A DNA stretch of 64,000 nucleotides from Azolla caroliniana (GCA_043228905.1 JBHGNT010000016.1:17980001-18044000), one strand, 5' to 3'. Shown: positions 36,401-50,064, numbered from the stretch's first letter. The notes: a model not told the origin generated them from the letters alone. Made by a program: numbers and translations.

Positions 36401-37302
36401 AAAACATAATCACTTTAGATAAAGCATATAGTCTATCTATAGGAAAAGCATGGAGTCTATAGTTAGAGAAAAAAAAGCATGGATTCCTAAGACTCCCTCG
36501 ATAAAGCATATAGTCTATCTATAGGAAAAGCATGGAGTCTATAGTTAGAGAAAAAAAAAGTATGGATTCCTAAGATTCCCTCATCACTACATAAGGATGG
36601 GGAGCACAATGTAATAGGTGTGTGAAAAATATTTGGGAAATTGGATATATTTCCTAAAACACCAATTAATATAATCGTGGGATTCACGAAGTTTTATATA
36701 ATCTATCTCTTTCAATCTAAATTCATATTCTTACATAAATATTGATTAATGTAATACTTGTGGGATTCACAAGGTTTGATCTCTTTTCTATTTCTACTCT
36801 AAACTATTCTAAACTATTTCAATTTATTACTATGATTAAGACAAACTAAAACAACTCTACTTGTGGGATTCACAAGCTTCTAATAATCTATACATAATTA
36901 AAATCTTCCTCAAATTCTTCCTCTTCCTAGTCCATAACCCCGGTGGTTCCCACTCTACTCACGCAACGATCCGGAGCCGAAAGGCACGACAACGTTTCTT
37001 CAAACGTTGCCCACGTAGGATTTTGTTGTCGTATCCCATGGATACTCCCTTGAAGCCCATCCGTAGCCACCCGATTGAAGGATGCCACTTGCAATCCTTC
37101 TGATATTCTGCACCATAGCATCTCCTCGTAGTCTTGCAAATAACGTGACACCTACTTCCCATTGAATTTCCCGTTCCGTTGCACGAGCCGCTCCACTACC
37201 GCCGCAATCTTCGACATTGCGCGTTGTTCTTGTAGCATCCATTCAAACATCGTCATCATGTTGTTGGCCTCTTGTTGATTCTCCATCTCCTTGCCACCCG
37301 TC
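33403..37302 (-). pseudogene. G0 gag-PR-RT-RNase H remnants
   Basis: VKRELWGVVSA, VDTSPTGIGW, DPGSEINL, ILDSRVEFSLRELLGIAKKEFHD. Confidence 0.88.
36069..36991 (+). mobile_element. Solo LTR of the G0 family with 4-bp TSD ACGT
   Basis: TGTCGTAG...GCACGACA flanked by ACGT on both sides; contains an internal tandem duplication at about 36418-36575. Confidence 0.93.
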
Positions 37303-37324
37303 TTCACGTCGGGTTGACAAAATG

Positions 37325-37863
37325 TGTCGTGCCTTTCGGCGCCGGATCGTTGCGTGAGTCGAGTGGGAACCGCCGAGGTTTTGGATTAGGAGGAGGAGAA
37401 GTTTAATGCTGATAAGAATATGAAAGAGAAAAGTATGAATCTTGTGAATTTCACAAGTATAGTGAATTAGAATAATCAGTATTAAGAATCCAAGAAATAA
37501 CCCAAACTTTTCAATAAATTGGAGAGATAGAAGAAAATCGTGAAACACTCGTATATGATGTATTCAATCAATATTTAGAAACCCAAAAAATCGACAACCA
37601 CCATTACAATTTGCTCCCCCACCCTTATATAGTGATGGGAGAGACTAAGTATATCTTACTACATGCAAACATGATGCTTTTTCTCTAACTCGAGTGTTCA
37701 TGCACACTAGATGTCTTAGCTTTTTCTATCATACTTTTTTCTTTTTAACTCAAGTGTTCATGCAATCTAGATGTACATGAATAACTTTCTTTATCATGCT
37801 TTTTCTTTTAACTCGAGTTATTACGTAGGAATAACTTTTCTTTCATGCTTATCTAGAATATTT
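37325..37863 (-). repeat. G0 5' LTR, U3 truncated
   Basis: Aligns to 337-877 and adjoins the PBS. Confidence 0.85.
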
Positions 37864-40800
37864 GTGACTACAACTGATTGCGGCCTCTCTAGTTTCTATT
37901 GTTTGTGCCTCTCTAGACCTCTGTCTCTCTCTCTTTCTTAGTTTCTTTGTACAAACTTCTTGACCCTGTTGATGTTGTCTTACTTTGTTTAATGATGTTC
38001 ATCTTGTTCTTGATTCTTCACCACATGATGTTGTATTCTATTCCGCACCATCGATGATCGTATACAACATCTGGTATAAGAGGGAGGTTCTTTTCGTTGT
38101 TGGTTGTCATCAACCCCATCACCAACAACTTTGTTTTCATCCTTGAAGAACTCAAGTTCTCTAATATACATTGAACAAGTTTCTATTAAGATATCAATCC
38201 GATTAAAATCTTATGTCCGGCAACTACATATTAACACCTTGAGAGAAGAGACACCTCTTCAATTCACATTCTATTCGACTAGACCTCACCTCAAGTGCAC
38301 CAGTCCGTTGTACTCACTTTTGTGGTTGTAGTCACTCAGAATGGAATCATGAACCAGAAGAAACCATTCGTGCTCTATCCGGCTAAGCATAATTCGGGAA
38401 GACCACAGTCGGTTATGTCCCTCTACTCGTTGTAGTCACTTGGAGTAGGATCAGTATCGAGATTGGTAATCAACCTAGTATTTGAAATCAAATCGACAAT
38501 CTAATCAACACGATTTGTGCTCAACTTGGCTAGGCATCACAGTGGATAGAGCAGTCAGATCTATCCCACAATCGGCCATAGCCACTTCGAGCAAAATTAG
38601 CTGAGCAACCGACTAAGTTCGTGTCGAATTCGACTAGATCAAATTTGGGTGAACCCGTTGGTTGAACCCTCCTACCGATCGTAGCCACCTCTAGACAGAA
38701 CTTTCTGATAAGTCAGCTTGAGTATACAATGACTTCAACATCCAACTCATCTAGGATGAATCTCAAGAAGTTCATGGATCGAACTTCAACTTCTGGAAGG
38801 AGCAAATGCAGGACTATCTGATAGTCAAGGGTCAGATTAACCCCATTGAGACCGAAAATGCTCTAGAAGTATACAAGTTGAATGAGTGGATGAAGCTAGA
38901 TCCAATTGTCCGTGCCACCGCCTATCTGAATCCGTCTACTACAAAGTGCAATCATGTACAACAACTTCGGAACTTTGCAAAAGAAGGTCGCCGACACCAA
39001 GATATATTTGATCTAACGCCTCTACAACCTTCAGATGAAAGAATCTGATTCTATTCAAGCACACATCAACGAGTACGAAAATCTAAACTCCCAAATTTCG
39101 GCTCAATTGAAGACGAATTGAAAGCCATGTTACTAATGAGTTGTCTCCCCTCTTTGTGGGAAACTTTCGTCACCACGGTGTGCAATGCGTCGGTTGCCAC
39201 TGTGAAGTACTTTGAAGTCACAAACTCGATCTTGATGGAAGTTACTCGTAGGAAATCATTTTTACACGATTTGGTTAGTGACACCTATGTAGTACAAGGT
39301 TCGCCTAACCGACCGAACAATCAAAGAATAAGTTCTTCCTGACGGCCGAATATCAATTGAAGCCAAAGCAAGTCTAGGGACAATTGGATATGTAATTACT
39401 GCAAGAAACCTAGACACATCAAAGCCGACTGCCACGTCCTCAAGGCAAAGAACGAAAAATCTTAGAGAATTGATCATAAGAACAGTCAACAAGAGGAAGT
39501 CAACTTCGTCAACTCATTAGCCAAAGTAATGACGAACGACTCAAACCTTTTTGAATATTTAGTCAAGCCAAAAGTTTTGCTCATGACTGAAGAATCGAGC
39601 ACTTGGCTCCTAGAATCAGGTTTACTCTTGTACTACACAATGTCTAACATGTACCTTAGCTCTCAAGACCATTGATCTCAGTCAAACAACTACATGAAGA
39701 CGACATCTGTGTCGGCTTCTCATAAGGAAGTTGGACACTCCACAGGGGGAACCTCCTACTTGCTCAAGGACCGAAGTTACATTCATTGTACTCGTTGTTC
39801 GTCACTTTCAGAGAAGGTGACCTATTTTTGGTAGAAATTCCCGTGTTGTCGTTATGGCATGGTCAACTCGGCCACCTCAGCAAAGCCAATATCACGCACC
39901 TATCTAGAGCCGGCTACATCCCCGAGTTCTTGTTCTCTAACCATCAGTTCTGTGAACATTACCAATACGGCAAATAGATTGTTGCCTCTCATCCAACAAG
40001 AGAGCTGAGAGAGTTGAGTCTGCTTGACTTGGTCCATTCAGACGTTTGTGGCCTAATGTCACATCAGTCTCTCGGTAGTACATCGTACCTCGTTACATTC
40101 ATTGATGACAAAACCAAAAAGGTATGGGCATATCCAGGAATGACGAAAAGATCGTGTTCTCGATCTTTTCATAATGGCTCACAATAGTTGAAAACCAATC
40201 CGGCCAAAAGCGGAAATGCTTGCGATCGGACAAGAGCTCAACATGGCATCAAACGAGAACTCCCGACCCCCTATAGTCCGGAGCAAAATGACGTTGCTAA
40301 AAGAATGAATTGTCGCCATGATGTAACACGTCGGGCTATCAAACGTTTTTTGGGCAGAGGCGCTACTAACTGCTATACACATAATCAATATGTTTCCAAG
40401 TAGGCCTCTAGGACTTAAAATTCCGCAGGAGCTTTGGACCGGCTAGAGGCCGAATTATGAGAAACTATGGATTTTCGTGTGTGAAGCATTCACCCTTGTG
40501 TAGAAGGACAATTGCCGAAACCTTGAGCCGCGATCCCGAAAATGTATTTTCCTTGGTTATGGATCTCACGGGGAATTCGGCTACCGACTTTGGGATTCAG
40601 AAAATAGACAAGTCGTCGGAAGTTCGGATGTCTTCATTGAGTCAGAGATGCCCAAGCCAGTCGAAAGGCCAATTAAAGTCATAAGAGTCACTTTTTCAGA
40701 CGATTTGATGCCTCCTAACGGCCCAACACAACATACAAGAGCAGCAACACGACAAGCTGCCTCTATAGGACAAAGTACGACTAGTGCCGGTACTTCACTA

Positions 40801-42050
40801 CAAGCTGACTCAGAGAGCGGCCTAAGAAACGCCGATGAGTTGACGCCATATGAAGAAGCATCGGCATGCGTGGATTCGGCCACTTGGCATTTGTCTATGG
40901 AGTCGGAGATGAACTCCATCCGGCACAATAAGACATAAGACTTAGTCAAACTGCCAAAAAATCAACATGCTCTTCCGTGCAAGTGGGTCTATCAACTCAA
41001 AGAGACGTTGTCGTGCCTTTCGGCTCCGGATCGTTTGCGTGAGTCGGGTGGGAACCACTGGGGTTTTAGACTAGGAGGAGGAAGAATCTGAGACAAGTTT
41101 ATAGTTATGAATAGATTATTAGAAAGATAGGTAAGTTATTAATCTCGTGAATCTCACGAGTTTAGTGTATTTAATCAATATTTAGATAGTAAGAGACAAT
41201 TTTTATCACAAATTCGTGAATCCCACGAATATATTATATTAATTGGTGGTGTTTTAGGAAATATATCCAATTTCCCAAATATTTTTCACCCCTATTACAT
41301 TGTGCTCCTCATCCTTATATAGTGATGAGAGAGTCTTCACAATCCATGCTTTTTCTCTAACTATAGACTATATGCTTTATCTAACATGCTTTTTCTAACT
41401 TTAGTTTTCATGCACACTGCATGTGCATGATTAGCTTTCTATCCCATCTTTTTCTTTTAACTCGAGTGTGTATGTATGAGTAACTTTTTGTACCATGCAT
41501 ATCTAGAATATTTACATGGGATAAAGTTTAGTATACCTTTAAAATTCATAATATGCTAGTATAGTGATAAGGCTTAACATTATTAACATGGAGGTGCAAG
41601 GTTCGAATCTTGCCCTATGCATGTAATATATATTTTTTATAGTTTCTTCTATTTACAAATATATCTCTTCTCATCGGCCTTCATCATCCGGCTCTTGCCG
41701 GTTCTGCTTTATCCGGTTCTCGCCAGTTTTCTTTATCCGGTTCTTATCGGGTCCTCCTTATCGGTCCTCTTCGTCCATTTCTCACCGACTCTCATCGGCC
41801 TTCTTCATCCGGCTCTTGCCGAGTCTGCTTCATCCGGTTCTCGCCGGTTTTCTTTATCCGGTTCTTACAGGGTCCTCCATGTCCTATTCGGAGAGACCAA
41901 AAATGTAGTTTTTCACGTAGTGTACGAAATACACTACGACAACGTCCGATTCGGCAAGTCCCAAATTAAAAGCCAAATTAGTCATCAAGGGTTTTCGACA
42001 GGGATATGGCGTTGACTTTGACGAAATTATTCACTAGTGGTAAAAATGAG
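37864..42050 (+). mobile_element. Copia C, highly degenerate and 3' truncated
   Basis: LTR end at 38069, PBS-like TGGTATAAGAG at 38072, gag from about 38729, INT remnants, RT KWVY..KGF..DFDEI. Confidence 0.8.
41009..41941 (-). mobile_element. Solo LTR of the G0 family with 4-bp TSD ACGT
   Basis: ACGT on both sides; removing it restores the copia C RT frame KWVYQLKETSDSASPKLKAK. Confidence 0.95.
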
Positions 42051-42594
42051 GTTTCATTGGTCACATAATATTTCAAGGACTATCAGTCCATTGTTACTCG
42101 AAAATGATTTTGATATAGGAAGTATGTTCCTATTTCCTTGTGCATTCTAAATCTCAAATAGTTCAATTCATGAACCGTGATCAAATATTCTGTTGACAAA
42201 TGAATCAAGTAATTTAGATGCAAGAGATTGTCACACATGTTCTTGAGGTATTCTTAAGCCTTGTTGACTTGCATGTTTGACCTATAGGAGGTTACCAAAT
42301 GACATCATCAATTGCGATTTATTGCAAATAGATTTCTATAATAATTCGACATAACCAAGGAATGGTCAAAGTTTTGGGCATGGCAAAGGATAGACAATAG
42401 TGAAATCTTAATCCAACTTTGACTTTATCATCCAATAAGTTTGAAAACATGATAAAACTATAGGCAAGCCTAGTAGTGGAAGGCTTTAACAATTCTTTCT
42501 CACTAAACTTACGAAACTTGGCCAAAGGATATTGTTTTTTTGTTATAAGCACTTGGTACCAGATTAGGAGATGATGGTTTATAAGAAGGCTCAA

Positions 42595-42738
42595 CAAAGG
42601 CTTCATCTGCATTTTTATCAAGTTGTTTTTGCCATGACACTTTCAAGGGTTCACCATTGTCTACTTTCATCTTTTTTATTTGTTGATGCATTAACAAAAG
42701 ATGATGAAGGCATTTCATTGATAGATGTTGACTCCAGA
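42595..42738 (-). pseudogene. hAT-like transposase fragment, continuation of 49141-49441
   Basis: Reads on across the G3 TSD to KKMKV..WQKQL..ADEA. Confidence 0.5.
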
Positions 42739-45700
42739 TGTTACGGGCATGACCATATAATATCCCGTGGTAAGAATTTACCGTAGTATTCTATACACGT
42801 GGATAAGTGGGAGGGTTAAACGAGAGTGTAAAGAAGGGGAGGATTACTTTTAATCCTCGGGATTGAGACAACCCATTAGGCCAAGTGTGAACTTGCCTGG
42901 GGGCCTTGGGTATCGCTATAAATAAGAGGCCTAGCTACCCTCATTTCATCATCTTGTTGACTACGTCGAGACTCTGTCTTGTGGTGGGTCAAGTCTTGTA
43001 GCGAGCGCGCCAGCACCAGGTACGACTCGACGCTACGGCGGTGGTATGGGACGCTGATCGAGGCTCGAGTCCATCTCGATCCCTTCGCTCGGGGGTGGTC
43101 GGGTGGATCGACACCCTTCTTTCTCTCTCTCTCCTTTCTATCTACTTATCTATATTCTATCCTTATCTAATGCTTACATTAGTCTATGTCTCTAACAGTT
43201 GGTATCAGAACGCATTTTCTAATGTTTCTTTTGTTTTCTTTTGTGTTCTTGATTGATGGCGATCGATCTACGTGCGGTCAACCTTCATGCAGACAAGGAT
43301 CAACAAAGGAACTTCGGTTATCTTTCTTGTTTTTTTTTCTTTGTCTATTTTTTCTTCTCCCATCTAATCATGTGTATAGTTAATATGTAGATTTTTTTCA
43401 TTAATTCAATGATGTTGTAGTGGTAATTCATTGGTTGTATAAAACGTTTACATATGTGTATGAGGTCAATACCTCATTTGACGTATATTGAATATGTGAT
43501 GAGTGTTGTATGCGCACGAGGTGGATACCTCAATTGCGTATTACGTTCACAAACATATGTTACGTTTGCGCATGAGGTCAATACCTCGATTCATTGTAAA
43601 TGATATGTGTTTGGTCTCATATGCGTAAGAGGTCAATACCTCAATTGCGTATTACGATTAGCCCTTATTTTTGGATGTCTCGTGTGCATAAAGGTATATG
43701 CCTCGATTACGTATCTCGATTACGTCATTTTTTGCTATTAAATATAACGATTTGTTTAATATAGGCATATGTGGTCACATGTATACGTAGTTGATCGTAT
43801 ATATGTGATAATATACATATGTGTATATAAGTTATTACGTGATTTTAAATCAAATGTTTTCCTTTTCGGGGAAAGGATCTTGGTGGCCATCCTCACATTT
43901 TTGTGAGAATAACGTTGTCACCATCCCTTTTTTGATCAATGTTTTATTGTTGACAATCCCGTTGGTGACTTCGATTTTATTACGTAAAGAAATGCCTATA
44001 ACCACAATGATGTTGAGAACGTAGGGCTTGACCCACTTCATGTGAGGTCGCTCCTATGACACACATATCCAACATCCCTCCCTCGTTACATGGATACGAT
44101 GCCACCATGAGATCATTCTTACGAAAGGCATTTGTAATGACATAACCATGTGATGGGCCACGTGGGCCTACTACAAAAAGAGGGCTCATTTGGCTTGACC
44201 ATTAGGTTGCACTTTGGCGTATGCCATCGTAATTACAAGACTTGAGGTTAGGTAACGTACCAACATATTTTGTAGTAAACGAGGGGGAAATAAGGACTCT
44301 TGACATATATGTTTCTTTTAAAAAAAACATATATGGGCAAATGCCTCGCATATCTCTTATACGCATGAAGCATTCCTTCGAAGAGGCCGTTGAAATAGTT
44401 CTTCGCTATCAACGCACTTCGAAGAAGGACCACAACACCGCCCGGGACTAGGCAATTGCAATTCGCTGCGAAATGCAAGACACCCAACGAATTCATGGAT
44501 CGCGATTGTAAGCGACAACATTCTTTTTGCGTATTCTTCAAAAAGAAGGGTCATACAAAAGAACAATGTCGAAAGCTCCAACGGAAAGAGCACGACAACA
44601 AAGCTAAAGTTGCAGACCATAAAGGTCAGATTCCTAATGTCCTTCAGGTCTATACACATCATTTAAGTAATTGCCAATGTTCTTTCCCTCACTATGTATT
44701 GGGTCCCAATGATTTACTACTGCAAACGGGTATATCAATGGATCTCCCGTACAATTTTTGTTTGATTCGGGAAGCTCACACAACTTTGTGAATAATCGTT
44801 TGGTTCAGATATGGGGAATCCAACCCACCGTAAGTGATTACACGTATACAGTGCACTTGGCTGATGGAAGAGTACAATATATCAACGGGGCGATTCATTC
44901 ATTAGGAATTTCTATTGATACTTATATAGAGGAAGTAGACTTCCATGTAATGAATCTTTGTACCACCGATGTAATACTAGGTTATCCCTGGTTTTATAAT
45001 AAAAACTCTTCTTTTTTTATTGATTGGGTTCATCATTCAATAACTTTTGTACTGAACAATTGTACTCATTTTATTCAATGTGTAAAAAAACAATCCCTCT
45101 CGATTGTTTCCTCTCCATCAATATCCGAGTTGTATTGTTCTACTCTATTTTATTGTGTACTTGATCCAGACATTCACATTTACAGTATTGATAACGTCTC
45201 GGTTCAATTAACATATTTTGAACAACAACAACTTGACGAAATCTTAAATGATTTTCATGATGTTTTTCCGAGTGAACTACCAGATGGGTTACCTCCTAAA
45301 CGTAATATAGACCATCGTATAGATATTGTACCTGGCATTGCACCAATAAGTATACCTCCTTATCACTTAAGTCGATCCGAAGCTCGCACAACTTTGTGAA
45401 TGATCATTTGGTTCAGATATGGGGAATCCAACCCACCGTAAGTGATCACACCTATACGGTGCACTTGGCTGATGGAAGCGTACAATACATCAACGGGGCG
45501 ATTCATTCATTAGGAATTTCTATTGATACTTATATAGAGGAAGTAGTTTTCCATGTAATGAATCTTTGTACCACCGATGTAATACTGGGTTATCCCTGGT
45601 TCTATAATAAAAACACTTCTTTATCTATTGATTGGGTTCATCATTCAATTACATTTGTACTGAACGACTGTACTCATTTTATTCAATATGTTAAAAAACA

Positions 45701-48700
45701 ATCACTCTCGATTGTTTCCTCTCCATCAATATCCGAGTTGTCTTGTTCTACTCTATTTTATTGTGTACTTGATCTGGACATTCACGTTTACAATATCGAT
45801 AATGTCTTGGTTCACTTAACATATTTTGAACTTGATGAAATCTTAAATGATTTTCGTGATGTTTTTCCAAGTGAACTACCAGATGGGTTACCTCCTAAAC
45901 GTAATATAGACCATCATATAGATATTGTACCTAGCGTTGCACCAATAAGTATACCTCTTTATCGCTTAAGTCGATCCGAAGAGGATGAGGTATCTAAGCA
46001 GCTCAAGGACTATTTACGAATGGGTTATATACGTTATAGTAAATCTCCATGGGGTGCACCAGTTCTCTTGGTTAAAAAGAAAGAGGGCACATGGCGTATG
46101 TGTATTAATTACCGACGCTTGAATAAAGCGACGATCAAGAATTCTTATCCATTGCCCCGAGCTAACGATCTAATTGACCATCTCCAGGGAACTCGGTATT
46201 TTACGAAACTTGATCTCTGTACTGGCTACCATCAAATTCGTATGAGTGAGGATGATGTTCCTAAAACGGCATTTCGTACGCGCTATGGCCATTATGAGTT
46301 TTTGGTTATGCCTTTTGGTTTGACCAATGCTCCGGCTACATTTCAACAAGAAATGAATGACATTTTCCGAGAACAACTTGGAAAATTTGTCGTTATTTTC
46401 TTGGATGATATTTTAGTTTATAGTTGTACATTACAAGAACATGCTAAACATGTCCGCTTTGTTTTACAAACATTGCGTGACAAACAATTTTATGCGAAGA
46501 TCTCAAAATGTGAGTTCTTCAAGAAATCAATTACTTATCTAGGACATCTCATAACCGAACGAGTTGAAATTGATCCTTTTCGCATCGAGAAAATCAAGCT
46601 TTGGCCCACTCTTTGGAATATTCGAGAAGTTCGATCATTCCTTGGTTTTGTCGGGTTTTTGCGAAAATCTCTTCGTAATTACTCCCAATTGACGACGCCA
46701 TTTATTGATCTTCTAAAAGGTCAAACGTGTAAGTCTACGAAACGTATTGTGTGGAATGCTACACTAGCCCTCGCCTTTAAGGAACTCAAGGACCTGGTTT
46801 GCAAGGCTCCTTCACTTCTTTTACCCGATCCTTCAAAACCTTTTGAGGTTGAAACCGATGCAAGCAATTATTCTATAGGTGTTGTCTTATATCAAGATGG
46901 TAAACCAATAGCATTCGAGAGTAAGAAACTTGATTCTGCTCTATGTCGGTATACCGTTCAAGAAAAGGAATTATTTGCAGTTATACATGCACTCAAAACA
47001 TGACGCCATTATCTTTATGGAAATCGCTTTGTGGTACCTACAGACCACGAGTCCTTGAAATATTTTTGTGACCAACCAGACCTGAAAGGTCGTAAGGCAC
47101 AATGGGTTGATCTCATCCAAAACTTTGATTTTTCCATACGATATCGTAAAGGTTCCATGAACATTGTCGCTGATGCACTAAGTCGCATTCGTGAAGTTAA
47201 CATGCTTAGCTTCACTGAAATAACATCAGGTCTTTATGATCACCTTCAAGGAAAGTATCCTAATGATAGTTATTTCACAAAATATTGGGCAAGAGTTGAG
47301 TCTGGAACAGACACCACCACATCCTCGAAGGAATACTTCCACATTGATAACGGTCTGCTCTACCGTAATGGGAAGGTTTGTGTTCGAAATTTGCCTGAGG
47401 TCAAAAAGAGAATTCTTTTTGAATGCCATGATGCACCCTCAGCAAGGCACCCTGGAATATATCGTACACTCATTCTCATCTCCACTCAATTTTATTGGCC
47501 TAACATGCGTCCTGACATACATAGCTATGTGACTAAATGTCACCAATGTCAGGTTAACAAAGCCGAGCGACTTAAAGCCGCAAGACTTTTACATCCCTTG
47601 GACATTCCCAATGATAAGTGGGAAAGTATATCCATGGATTTTATTGTTAGCCTTCCTCACACCCAAAAAGGCCATGATGCCATCTGGGTTGTGGTTGATA
47701 GACTAACTAAAATGGCCAAATTTATTGATACTAAAACCATGGTAACAGCTCCTGAATTGGCTTACCAATTTGTACGATTTATTTCGTTTTTATGGGTTAC
47801 CGATGGATATTGTGAATGATCGAGATCCAAAGTTTACTAGTGACTTTTGGACGCAAGTCTTTAAGAAGTTAGAAACTACGTTGAGCATGAGCTCCACGGA
47901 TCATCCTCAATCCAATGGACAGACAGAACGAGTAAATCAAATTATTGAGGACATGCTTCGAGCATATGTTGGTGCAAAACCAACAAAATGGGAACGTTAT
48001 CTCCCAATTTTGGAGTTTGCTTATAACAGCTCCAAGCATACGTCGACGGGATAAAGTCCTTTTATGTTGATGTATGGTTTTCAGCCACGAGCCCCGATTG
48101 ATGTTAATATACATCATGATGAGTTGCGAAGTACGCAAAACTTTCTTCGGGATATGCAAGATATGTTGCATATTGCACGAGATAATATAAAAACAGCTCA
48201 AGATAGAGCACGTTTTTATGCCGATCATAATAGGCAACCTCGTGTATTCAACCCTGGACAGAAGGTATTTTTACGTGTACCTCACAATTCTAAGACATTG
48301 TCTAAGGGTAAGTGCGCTAAGTTAGCCCCATGGTTTTGTGGACCTTTTACAGTCATCAGCCTATCGTCTCGCTCTTCCCGATGGTGTTGAAATTCATCCA
48401 GTTTTTCATGTGAGTCGTCCAAAAGAACTTCTAGGTTCTGGCGACAATACAGTTACAACTAAAACTCTGGTTACTTTTGAAGAATTATCTTCTACACCAC
48501 ATGTACTAGAAAGAATTCTCGATGTTAAAACAAAAAAATTACGTACTAAAGAAATACAAGAATTTAAAATAAAATGGATGGATAAATCAATAAAAGATGC
48601 CACACGGGAACGCAAAAATACTCTCAGAACTAACTTCCCTAACTTTCCATTGCAAGAGTGCAATGTTTTAAAGAGGGGGAGTATGTTACGGGCATGACCA

Positions 48701-49140
48701 TATAATATCCCGTGGTAAGAATTTACCGTAGTATTCTATACACGTGGATAAGTGTGAGGGTTAAACGAGAGTGTAAAGAAGGGGAGGATTACTTTTAATC
48801 CTCGAGATTGAGACAACCCATTAGACCAAGTGTGAACTTGCCTGGGGCCCTTGGGTATTGCTATAAATAAGAGGCCTAGCTACCCTCATTTCATCATCTT
48901 GTTGACTACGTCGAGACTCTGTCTTGTGGTGGGTCAACTCTTGTCGCAAGCGCACCAGCACCAGGTACGACTCGACGGCACGGCGGTGGTATGGGACGCT
49001 GATCGAGGCTCGAGTCCGTCTCGATCCCTTCGCTCGGGGGTGGTCGGGTGGATCGGCACCCTTCTTTCTCTCTCTCCTTTCTATCTATTTATCTATATTC
49101 TATCCTTATCTAATGCTTACATTAGTCTATGTCTCTAACA
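42739..49140 (+). mobile_element. G3: Met-primed gypsy chromovirus
   Basis: LTRs at 42739-43197 and 48684-49140. PBS TGGTATCAGAAC at 43200. PPT AAGAGGGGGAG. TSD CCAGA/CCATA. Confidence 0.95.
44400..48683 (+). pseudogene. G3 gag end and pol (duplicated PR, RT, RH, INT, chromodomain-like)
   Basis: DSGSSHNF, FLDD, ETDAS, SMDF, NGQTER, ERILD..FKIKW; stops and frameshifts present. Confidence 0.92.
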
Positions 49141-49441
49141 CCATAACTTCAACATTTGCACTACTATTTTCAGCATTGCATTCCCTTGATGATTCCACAT
49201 TCACATAAACATTTGCACAATTAATATTACATACCATTTTTTGTACTTCAGATTTTATGACATCAATTTGATGGCATTTGTCAACACCTAAACCGTTCAA
49301 GCCCAATAGATGAGCTCTAATTCGAAAGGCAACACCAACAAATACATGTTGGCAATGTTTACATTGAATGTCATGCATACCCTTATTACGTTTTCTCACA
49401 ACAGTCACATGATCACATTCAAAGCCCTTTTGCTTCACCAT
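49141..49441 (-). pseudogene. hAT-like transposase N-terminus with BED zinc finger
   Basis: CKHCQHVF...RIRAHL...KC pattern. Confidence 0.7.
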
Positions 49442-49669
49442 TTTAATAAATTAACCTCTATAAGTGACAATAATCTACAGAAATTTCACCCTGTTAATAA
49501 ACTGATTACCTTCAACTGATCCTGGAAGAGATGAAAACATGGGAATTAGAATAGTATTAGTAGCGTTAGTGGTGTGGTAGATGAAAAAACTGAAAAGGTG
49601 GCCAAGAAATTGCATTAATGAATACCTAGGATACTACCTATAATATCATCTAAGGGTGTTTGTTAATGA

Positions 49670-50064
49670 TAGATTTTGTACTCAGATGTAAAACCACAGA
49701 TATACTAAGACACAAGCAAATGAAACAAGTAACATGCGATTTACGTGGAAAACCCTTATTCCAGGCAAAAACCACGGTGTACAAAGATTTTCATTATGAG
49801 ACAATGAAAATACAATCTTAGAATGATAGAACTTGATTGAGTATGGAGGTACCCCAGGTTGTTGTCTGAAACCATAGTTTCAGCCGAAGACTCCAAACCC
49901 TAACTCGTTGGTGTTTACCTCTTTCGAAGCTTTCAAAGCTTCCTTGTTTTATCTCTCTTCTCTTCTGTGTTTCACCCCTCTTTTCTTCTTCTTCTTTAGA
50001 AGCTGCAAAGCTGTGTCTCTCACACAGCCACCACTGTCAACACTTTGTTCCTCTTCCCTGCACT

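Larger units (their letters stand above)
337..37863 (-). mobile_element. G0: old tRNA-Trp-primed non-chromoviral Ty3/gypsy element, host of the whole nest
   Basis: Similar LTRs start TGTCGTGCC at 337 and 37325. Degenerate Trp PBS at 37303-37320. The gag-PR-RT-RH remnants (33403-37302), integrase remnants (14930-15396, 17963-18055, 18548-19060) and PPT (about 14913-14922) fall in the correct minus-strand order once the inserts are removed. Confidence 0.75.

Noticed and set aside
42032-42050. CACTAGTGGTAAAAA as a CACTA transposon end
   Set aside because: It is the frameshifted continuation of copia RT (FDEIFSPVVKM-like), and no partner terminal repeat was seen.
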